This document shows positions 47,237-53,358 of a stretch of 53,358 bases of DNA, one piece after another. This DNA is from a virus (lineage: Duplodnaviria > Caudoviricetes). The position numbers and the translations under genes are program-made. The notes below the pieces were generated by a model. The model was given only the letters and a program-made list of their open reading frames with translations. It did no database searches and was not told the origin of the DNA. The stretch is from the IMG/VR virus record IMGVR_UViG_3300011013_000016, positions 1 through 53,358 of that record; one strand, given 5' to 3'. Within the stretch, counting starts at the first letter, position 1; every line of letters starts with the position of its first letter.

Positions 47237-47530
47237 ATGTACACCCTGATCTCCCTCGCAGACGTCCTGCGCGCCTTTGCCCTGGTGTTCCCTGTGGAGA
47301 CCGAGTACGTGCTCGCCCTGTACCTGCAGAGCCTGCGCACCGTCGGCGCTGTGTACGAGTGCGTGGGCGAGCACCTCGAAGACCCGGACCACGCCCTGGC
47401 GATGCACAGCTACGGCGCCCCGGTCAACGTGTGCGTGCCGATGTGGGACACGTCCGGAGCCCTGGACACGATCCTGCGCATCCAGCAGGTGTGCGCAGAG
47501 AACCCGCTGCCCGCCGAGCTGTCCTCGTGA
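47237..47530 (+). CDS. Hypothetical protein
   Basis: GGAGG RBS, TGATG coupling. Confidence 0.55.
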   Translation: MYTLISLADVLRAFALVFPVETEYVLALYLQSLRTVGAVYECVGEHLEDPDHALAMHSYGAPVNVCVPMWDTSGALDTILRIQQVCAENPLPAELSS

Positions 47531-47648
47531 GCGCGCGAGAAGCAGCTGAGTGCGTGTGCGTGTGGGCGATGGTCCTGTGCGTAGGCGCTGAGCTGATGCG
47601 TGTGTCCGGGTGTGTGCACTGGTAGGCGCACCCCGCACGCTGCACACC

Positions 47649-47685
47649 GAGACCCCGCTCCGGCACCACGCCGGAGCGGGGTCTC
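47649..47685. repeat. Perfect 16-bp inverted repeat (GAGACCCCGCTCCGGC-accac-GCCGGAGCGGGGTCTC)
   Basis: Read directly; no U-tract. Confidence 0.85.
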
Positions 47686-47842
47686 TTGCCTTCGGGGCCA
47701 CAGCACACCCCGGATCGGCCTTCACAGCGCAACTACAACTTTCTCACTCGGACCCAGCACACCCGGCTACCCAGCGGTTACACTCACTGTGCCCCACAGC
47801 GGGGCACTGACCCGGCAGACCCCGGGAGGGAGAGAAGCAACC

Positions 47843-48388
47843 ATGACCCGCAACCCCAATTCGATCGTGTGCATGATGACCGGCGCCACGCTGGCCACAT
47901 CCCTCGGCAACCTGCGCAGCCGGCTGGCGGAAAAGTCCGCTCGCCTCGGCAAGAATGCCGGAAGTATCTACGTGACACAGCGCAGCAAGGCAGAGGAGGT
48001 CTCCCGGTCCACCTACGCTGACACCAAGGCGCACAACGTCAAGGTGCTGGCCCTGTGGGGCGTGGAAGCCGTGGGCGGTAAGGACGTGGATGCCCGTGTC
48101 TTGCGCCCCCTGGGAAGCAAGGCCCCGGCCCCGTCCAAGGCCCGCACCCAGAGCAAGCCTGCGACGAAGACCGGCACCCTGCCGAGCCTGCAGCGCGCCT
48201 CGGCACTCACTTCGGCACTGATCGCAGGCGACGACGAAACCGCCTGGCAGGTCCTGCGTGCCATCGCAGCCGAAGCCGCACTGCAGCCCGAACCTAGCAA
48301 GACCCCGGCACCTGCACCGGCCGCTACCGTGCGCAGCGCTGTGGACCTGCTCAAGGCCGAGGGCTTCGGCGTGACACTCACAGCGTAG
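47843..48388 (+). CDS. Basic, Ala/Lys/Pro-rich hypothetical protein; last early gene
   Basis: ATG after GGGAGAGAAG RBS. Confidence 0.65.
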   Translation: MTRNPNSIVCMMTGATLATSLGNLRSRLAEKSARLGKNAGSIYVTQRSKAEEVSRSTYADTKAHNVKVLALWGVEAVGGKDVDARVLRPLGSKAPAPSKARTQSKPATKTGTLPSLQRASALTSALIAGDDETAWQVLRAIAAEAALQPEPSKTPAPAPAATVRSAVDLLKAEGFGVTLTA

Positions 48389-48404
48389 CCAGACCCCGCA
48401 CCCC

Positions 48405-48440
48405 GTCGGCTCCGCTCCGGACACCCGGAGCGGAGCCGAC
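48405..48440. repeat. Perfect 16-bp inverted repeat (GTCGGCTCCGCTCCGG-acac-CCGGAGCGGAGCCGAC), possible terminator
   Basis: Read directly, 16 nt after the stop codon; only TT follows. Confidence 0.8.
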
Positions 48441-48486
48441 TTGCGTCAGGGCGCACGCCCAGAGCTGCCCGGACCCCGGGCCCCAC

Positions 48487-48762
48487 AGCCCCGGCCCAAG
48501 GGCAGGTCGAAGGCCCTGAGGGCGCTGGCTCGGTCGGCGAGCATACACGCCTGGGGGAGCAGCGCCAGCTCGTGGGCCAGGGCCTGGGCGGCCTGGCGTG
48601 ACGGGCCCGTCGGCACCACGCGGTTGACCAGTCCCAGGGCCAGGGCTTCGTCGGCCGCAACCGGGCGCCCGGTCAGGATCAGGTCGAGGGCCCGTCGGCA
48701 CCGATGAGCCTGGGGAGCCCCGGCCCCCGCAGCCCCGGCCCGGGCCCCCACAGCCCCGGCCC
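48487..48762 (+). repeat. Four copies of AGCCCCGGCCC
   Basis: At 48487, 48716, 48731 and 48752. Confidence 0.85.
48497..48717 (-). pseudogene. Internal fragment of an enoyl-CoA hydratase/isomerase (crotonase) gene, frameshifted
   Basis: LPRLIG-(1-nt deletion)-RALDLILTGRPVAADEALALGLVNRVVP...LAHELALLPQACMLADRAS...DLPL; no start codon or N-terminal half. Confidence 0.85.
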
Positions 48763-49063
48763 GGGGCCCCGCCGGGCGTAGTGCCAGTTCGGCACCCCGC
48801 GGCCCCTTAGACCCACCGAGACCCTGCTCCGGACCCCAGCACAGCTGCAGCTATGGGGAGGCCCGGGGCGGAGTGTGGGGGGCTACGGGCGGGTGCAGTG
48901 TCCGGGATCGGCCTGGACAGCGGGTCCGCGGCCCCCCGCCGACCCGAGCCGGCCCCCCAGGTCCGGCCCCCGCCCCCCGCTCTGACTGTGCCGATCCCCC
49001 CGGGCCGTGCACAGGGCCGGGCTGTGCAGTGGGTCCGCTGTGCGGGGTGCGCAGCGGTGCACA

Positions 49064-49145
49064 GGGCAGGCCCCCCGCCGGGGCAGGCCCCCCGCCCCCC
49101 CCCGTGGGGCCCTCACTACTTAGTATTGGCCCCCCCGAGAAAATC
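49064..49145. other. Candidate genome terminus/packaging region
   Basis: Tandem GGGCAGGCCCCCCGCC x2, C9 and C7 runs around the AT island ACTACTTAGTATT; composition switch. Confidence 0.4.
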
Positions 49146-49755
49146 CTCGGTTCTGGACCTTTGCCCCGTTCCTGGCTCGTCCGGGTCCGGTCGTCCCGAT
49201 GGCTCCGGGTTTTTCTTTCGTCCGGGGTCCCGAGTTGTGATCTGGGGTCCTGCTCCGCGGGGCGCGGTGCTGTTCGGTGGGGTTCTGGTAGCTGGCTGAG
49301 AGGAGACACAGTTGTGGCTGCTCCCCGCCTGTGGCTGGGTGTTTCCCCTGGTTGGGCCTTGTCCCTGTGGTGGAGCTGGGAGTTGGTTTGTGCCCTGTGT
49401 GGGCGCCACCCGGGCAGTCCTTCAGGTCTCAGCGGGGGGAGGGGCAACCCTGCTCCCGGGAGACACCGCCTGTTGGCCTGCGCTCGTTTTGCGGTGGGGT
49501 GAGCTTCGCAGTCCGCTTCTCCGAGGACCCGGACCCGTCTTCGGGTCCTGTCGGGGTGCCCTTCCGCTCGGGCTTCGGCCCGGTCGGTGTTCCCCCTCGG
49601 GGTGTGGTCTGCTCTATCCGGTGGTTTGTGTTATCCTGTGCACCTCCTCGTGTCCCCTGTGAGGGTACCGGCCCCCGTCTTGATGTGCAAGGCGGGGGCC
49701 GTGTTTCCTTCGGGGGTGTGTTGACGGGTAGGGTGTGCACAGGAGGAGTCCTTCT

Positions 49756-50268
49756 TTGGCTGCTGCCCCGCACCGTCGCATCTCCGGCCAGCTCCTCAAC
49801 GGGGTGTCGGCTTCGATGAAGGTCGACGGGTCGGTCACGCCGGTCGACTTCACCTTCTCGGGGAAGAAGGCTGCGGTCCGGTACATCACCGAGGTCGTGC
49901 TCACGATCCACAGCACGGGCATGGATTTGTCGGCGGCCGCGGAGCTGCGCACGCTTGGGGCTGCGGGGCTGTTGGGGACTGGGATCCGGCTGTTCGTCAC
50001 CCAGGCCGGGCTGCCTGTTGCGGAGCTGGACCTGTTCCAGTCACCCGTCACCAAGATGGTCGACTTCTACCGGTACGGGGTCCAGGTCGGACACGTCGAC
50101 TCGATCGCGGCCGGTACGGACGAGGTTGTCGTCACGATCTCGTGGCCGGTCGAGGCCCCGCTCACGCTGCGGTCCGGGTTCGAGGACGCGCTCACCCTCA
50201 AGGTGTCGGACGATCTCACGGGCCTTGCGCTCTTCGAGGGGGATGTCAGGGGGTGGGCGACGAGCTGA
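49756..50268 (+). CDS. Isolated beta-rich protein, probably virion structural
   Basis: AGGAGG RBS at 49741 then TTG; MKVDGSVTPVDF...VSDDLTGL pattern. Confidence 0.6.
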   Translation: MAAAPHRRISGQLLNGVSASMKVDGSVTPVDFTFSGKKAAVRYITEVVLTIHSTGMDLSAAAELRTLGAAGLLGTGIRLFVTQAGLPVAELDLFQSPVTKMVDFYRYGVQVGHVDSIAAGTDEVVVTISWPVEAPLTLRSGFEDALTLKVSDDLTGLALFEGDVRGWATS

Positions 50269-50521
50269 TCCGATCGGATTGCTTGTTCCACCAGCGCATC
50301 CACGAGTCCGCGAACCACTGTAGATCGTCCGGCAGCTCCCGACGTCTCCACAGCCCATAGCTGACCCACTCGGTGTTTGGAAACGTGCGGACCCAGACCG
50401 GGATCCCGTGCGTCTCAACCTCGTCACGCGTCAGGGTGGGCAGGGTCCAGACGTTCCTGGTTGGTTGGTTGCCTTTTTTGATAGGGAACCGAGCACCGAG
50501 GTCGAACTTCGAGATGGTCAC
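50246..50521 (-). CDS. Hypothetical protein
   Basis: GTGA coupling, GGAGGAG RBS. Confidence 0.5.
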   Translation of the reverse strand: MTISKFDLGARFPIKKGNQPTRNVWTLPTLTRDEVETHGIPVWVRTFPNTEWVSYGLWRRRELPDDLQWFADSWMRWWNKQSDRISSSPTP

Positions 50522-50739
50522 GGCTCCTCCTCTTCGAGAGGCACGCGGCAGTCGATCGTGGGGAGCATGACTGCCACCCTCACGGGCCCGGCCTCTGTCA
50601 GCTTGAACACGTCCCGTCGCCCGCCGCCGTGCTCGAAGTCGAGACACACCCCGCCCCGCAGGCCCTTTGTGCGCTCGCACTTGTAGCTCACGCACGGTGC
50701 GCCGTCTGCGGGGTGTCCACCGGGACAGGTCTCAGGCAT
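50518..50739 (-). CDS. Hypothetical protein
   Basis: Overlaps both neighbours. Confidence 0.45.
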   Translation of the reverse strand: MPETCPGGHPADGAPCVSYKCERTKGLRGGVCLDFEHGGGRRDVFKLTEAGPVRVAVMLPTIDCRVPLEEEEP

Positions 50740-50911
50740 CGCTCCGTCCCTTCATGCGCCGGATGGACTGGGCCAGGCTCAGGGCCAGCTGCTGCAGCCG
50801 GTTGCTGGTCTGCAGGTCCGGGTGGTTGTGGATGCAAAGCGCCGCCTCCTCGAATGCGGCATCACGTGCGGCCTGTTCCTTCTTGCTCGGCCTCGGCTTC
50901 TTGTCGGACAC
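50732..50911 (-). CDS. Hypothetical protein (VSDKKPRPSKKEQAARDAAFEEAA...)
   Basis: GAGGAG RBS; hand-translated. Confidence 0.5.
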   Translation of the reverse strand: MSDKKPRPSKKEQAARDAAFEEAALCIHNHPDLQTSNRLQQLALSLAQSIRRMKGRSDA

Positions 50912-50913
50912 GG

Positions 50914-51093
50914 CTACTCCTCGGGTTCGCTGTGCAGGGGCTCGACACCAACCACTCCAGTCATGCCCCGGGCTACGCGCGCGTAGGGGTGCCGGTCACA
51001 GCGGGGGCCCACTGGGGTCATGGTCTTCGCCTGCCGGTGGCAGTCGTAGGGCTCACCCCCCTCCCAGATGATGCGGGTGCACAGCTCAGGCAC
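50914..51093 (-). CDS. Small Cys/His protein
   Basis: GGAGGT RBS; C...C...CDRH. Confidence 0.45.
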   Translation of the reverse strand: MPELCTRIIWEGGEPYDCHRQAKTMTPVGPRCDRHPYARVARGMTGVVGVEPLHSEPEE

Positions 51094-51382
51094 CAGCCAC
51101 CTCCCGCAGCTCGCCCAGTATGACCATGACAGCGTCCATGATGGCGATGGCGTCCGCATCGGTCCCGACCAGCATCCAGAAGCTGTACGCCTTGTGCCCC
51201 TCGGGTCCACCGCACACGAAGCGCTGCAGATCGTAGTCCACGGTCTCGATCGAGCCCTGGGGAGCCCCACCGAAGGGCTGGTTGGGCAGGGGCTTGATCA
51301 GCCGGATCTGTGGGATGGCGCCTGGGGGGCGGTGCCACTGTCCAGCGTGGGGGCCATTCAGGACAAGGTAGCGGTCAGGCAC
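51086..51382 (-). CDS. Hypothetical protein
   Basis: GGAGG RBS; LVLNGPHAGQ. Confidence 0.55.
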   Translation of the reverse strand: MPDRYLVLNGPHAGQWHRPPGAIPQIRLIKPLPNQPFGGAPQGSIETVDYDLQRFVCGGPEGHKAYSFWMLVGTDADAIAIMDAVMVILGELREVAGA

Positions 51383-51584
51383 GGACAGCCTCCGTCAGGA
51401 TCATGGGGGAGAGGACTCGGAAGGGGACGTCTGGCCGGGCGTCCCGGATTCGGGAGACGACCCGGGCGATCTCGGACGTGTCCTTCTGCGCGAAGTCGAC
51501 GGGCATCACCATGTGCTTGCCCTCGTGCTCGGGCTTCAGCCAGCACTGCCGACCGTTCGCGGTCTTGCGGTCACAGCGCTCCAC
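51375..51584 (-). CDS. Small protein with C...C.L...H.G.H metal motif
   Basis: GGAGG RBS; ERCDRKTANGRQCWLKPEHEGKH. Confidence 0.5.
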   Translation of the reverse strand: MERCDRKTANGRQCWLKPEHEGKHMVMPVDFAQKDTSEIARVVSRIRDARPDVPFRVLSPMILTEAVRA

Positions 51585-52017
51585 GAGCGGCCTCCATCTT
51601 CCTGCGGCGGCAGGTCCGGGTGTCGTGCCCCACCTCGGAGCACTCGGCACAGCGGCGGCGGCGGCGCTTCACCTTGGGCACGGGGATGCCGATGCGGCGG
51701 CAGTAGCTGTCCAGGGCGGACCAGCAGGCGCGGGACCCCTGCCCGGCCGGGTCGTCCAGGCCCAGGTGCTCAGCCATCTCCCGGTAGGTCATGCGCTCGT
51801 CCACGCGCAGACAATACGCGGTGTAGCCCTTCACCTCGGCTGCGTGCTGCAGCTCTTGGGTGTAGAGCTGCTCGGCGCTGACACCGAGGTGCTCCCGCCA
51901 GTGCCGGCGCAGCATGTTGCCGGTGACGCCCATCTCGGCCGCCAACAAGTCGGTGTCCTCGCCGGCCTTCCGGCGGACCCAGGCCCGGCGGAGTTCTTGT
52001 CGGCTCCGGTACTTCAC
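51571..52017 (-). CDS. Double-HTH protein with C-terminal zinc knuckle
   Basis: LLAAEMGVTGNMLRRHW, MTYREMAEHLG, CAECSEVGHDTRTC. Confidence 0.65.
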   Translation of the reverse strand: MKYRSRQELRRAWVRRKAGEDTDLLAAEMGVTGNMLRRHWREHLGVSAEQLYTQELQHAAEVKGYTAYCLRVDERMTYREMAEHLGLDDPAGQGSRACWSALDSYCRRIGIPVPKVKRRRRRCAECSEVGHDTRTCRRRKMEAARGAL

Positions 52018-52099
52018 GGCTCCACCGTTGTCCCGTCTGGACGCATAAGCGACCCCCAGCAGGCGATGGTTCCATCTGCGGTTTCGCGCGGGTTCGAGT

Positions 52100-52417
52100 T
52101 CACCCAGCGACCGCCGCATCGAGGGTGGGCAGCGGGAAGTGCCAAGTGGTGTGCCGGTCGGTAGCGCTGATCTTGTCGCCGGGATCGAGAAGAACGGCAG
52201 CCCCACACATCTCACAAGTCACCAGACCGACTCGGGCGCCCTCCGCAGTCCACTCCCGTGCTGGCGTGTAGCCAGGACTGCTGACCTGCTGTAGCTCGTC
52301 AGCCTTATACCACTGATCGCCCATGCGGAAGAGGCGGACAGTCCCGCCCCCAACATCCGTGATCCGTCCGATGCGGTCGTGGTGGTGTACGTGCCTCACC
52401 AGTGTTCCCTTATTCAT
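52100..52417 (-). CDS. Hypothetical protein with Zn motif
   Basis: GGAGG RBS; CEMCGA...HTTWH. Confidence 0.55.
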   Translation of the reverse strand: MNKGTLVRHVHHHDRIGRITDVGGGTVRLFRMGDQWYKADELQQVSSPGYTPAREWTAEGARVGLVTCEMCGAAVLLDPGDKISATDRHTTWHFPLPTLDAAVAG

Positions 52418-52863
52418 GTCTGGTCCTCCTTGGGGTCGGGGGTGTAGGGGTCCATGTCGACGTCTAAGTCAAGCATCAGCTGCTCGGCCTGCTCGTGCGT
52501 CAGCAGGAACCGGGCATGGCCCGGGGGGCACTCGTGGTACCGCTCCAACCGCTCCATCGCAGCCCGGTAGCGGGCCCGCTCGGCCAGCATCTCGTGTCGG
52601 TCTGCAAAGGCCCTGGCCACCATTGAGTCAGCGTCTGCAACAGCCTTCTCGGTCCCGTGCTCGGCCTGGTATTGGCCTCCGTCCCCGTGGATACGGGCCA
52701 GGAGGTTGCCGAGGTCTCGCTCAGCCCGACCAGCCCGCGCTGTGGCGGCATCGCGCTCGGCCTCCAACAGTTCGATCCGGCTCGCGGCCCATCCCGGCTC
52801 TCGTCGGCAGAGCGTGTCGAGGGTGACGGGGTTGCCGTCGCTGTCGTAGCGCTGTCTACTCAT
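52414..52863 (-). CDS. Ead/Ea22-like modular coiled-coil protein
   Basis: ATG 52863; RIELLEAERDAA, LLARIHGDGGQY. Confidence 0.55.
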   Translation of the reverse strand: MSRQRYDSDGNPVTLDTLCRREPGWAASRIELLEAERDAATARAGRAERDLGNLLARIHGDGGQYQAEHGTEKAVADADSMVARAFADRHEMLAERARYRAAMERLERYHECPPGHARFLLTHEQAEQLMLDLDVDMDPYTPDPKEDQT

Positions 52864-53134
52864 GGTCAGCTCCGTACCGCCGATCAGCCTCGCCACCCGG
52901 GCAGAAGTGGACCTCGTCGAACTCCTGGCCCATAGGCGCAGCGCAGCCCTTCCAGGGGCACGGGGTCGGGTAGGCGTCCTCGTCGCCCCAGATGATCCCG
53001 GCCTTCCGGTTGCTGTGGAGGCCACGATGTCCTGGGATCTTGGTGCAGACCAGCGGGTCGGGCTCGTTCATCCTGCCGTACCGCGCCGAACAGGGCGGGT
53101 GATAGTCGCTGGCGTACTTGTAGGGGTCGCTCAT
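52856..53134 (-). CDS. Cys/His hypothetical protein
   Basis: CTKIPGHRGLH, CPWKGC; GGAGG RBS. Confidence 0.55.
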   Translation of the reverse strand: MSDPYKYASDYHPPCSARYGRMNEPDPLVCTKIPGHRGLHSNRKAGIIWGDEDAYPTPCPWKGCAAPMGQEFDEVHFCPGGEADRRYGADHE

Positions 53135-53358
53135 GTCTGGCCCTCCTCGGGCTCGGGGGTGAGGAGGGCTCTGGCCCGACCGACTTCTCGGCGTAGATAG
53201 ACCGAGTCCCCGCTCTCGTTGTGGGCGACAGCGGCGGCACCCGCAAGCGACTTCAGCGCAGCCCGGTACCGGTCCCGCTCAGCAGTCAGCGCCCGGACCG
53301 CCACCGCCAGCTCGTCGGCACTCTCGCACAGGGCCCCGAGGGGTATGGTCCCGGTGTC
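53131..53358 (-). CDS. Hypothetical protein, 3' part only
   Basis: Open frame from window end to TGA at 53131; LTAERDRYRAAL. Confidence 0.55.
   Translation of the reverse strand, partial: DTGTIPLGALCESADELAVAVRALTAERDRYRAALKSLAGAAAVAHNESGDSVYLRREVGRARALLTPEPEEGQT

Noticed and set aside
48446-48751. Functional enoyl-CoA hydratase as an auxiliary metabolic gene
   Set aside because: Only about 73 codons of homology, frameshifted, catalytic N-terminal half missing, no RBS.
48487-48762. CRISPR array
   Set aside because: Repeat is only 11 bp, spacers are 218, 4 and 10 bp, and there is no cas1/cas2 or leader.
48851-49911. ORFs called in the GC-rich non-coding region
   Set aside because: Low-complexity Pro/Gly/Arg translations in several frames with no coding-like codon pattern.
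52085-52110. tRNA-like GGTTCGAG T-loop
   Set aside because: Lies within coding sequence with no cloverleaf; no tRNA recognised anywhere in the window.
1-53358. Diversity-generating retroelement, retron, intron or intein
   Set aside because: No YxDD reverse transcriptase, no TR/VR pair noticed, and no intein motifs in terminase or other genes.

Overview
The window looks like most or all of a high-GC (about two-thirds GC by eye) tailed-phage genome, probably circularly permuted. The virion is podovirus-like: no tape-measure, sheath or tube genes are recognisable. Layout: small minus-strand accessory genes (1-6304 and 50246-53358); a small structural/lysis block with an Amidase_3 endolysin (6393-9861); a regulator followed by terminase, portal, scaffold, capsid, tail and three ejection proteins (10191-32958); a minus-strand replication/recombination operon with an HTH protein, Sak/Rad52 annealase, a second OB-fold, Cas4-like exonuclease, SSB, RuvC-like resolvase, GIY-YIG protein and an initiator with internal iterons (32960-39897); a plus-strand early/host-takeover-like cluster with distinct codon usage and repeated hairpin-plus-RBS leaders (39979-48388); and about 1.3 kb of non-coding DNA (48389-49755). 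That non-coding region is the most unusual part. It holds a frameshifted ~220 bp piece of a cellular enoyl-CoA hydratase gene bracketed by copies of an 11-bp repeat, an abrupt composition switch resembling a genome terminus, and a tetraloop-rich structured segment. I recognised no integrase, DNA polymerase, primase, helicase, tRNA, CRISPR array or reverse transcriptase. All family calls come from motif recognition by eye, not database searches, and many start codons were re-picked using RBS or stop/start overlaps.
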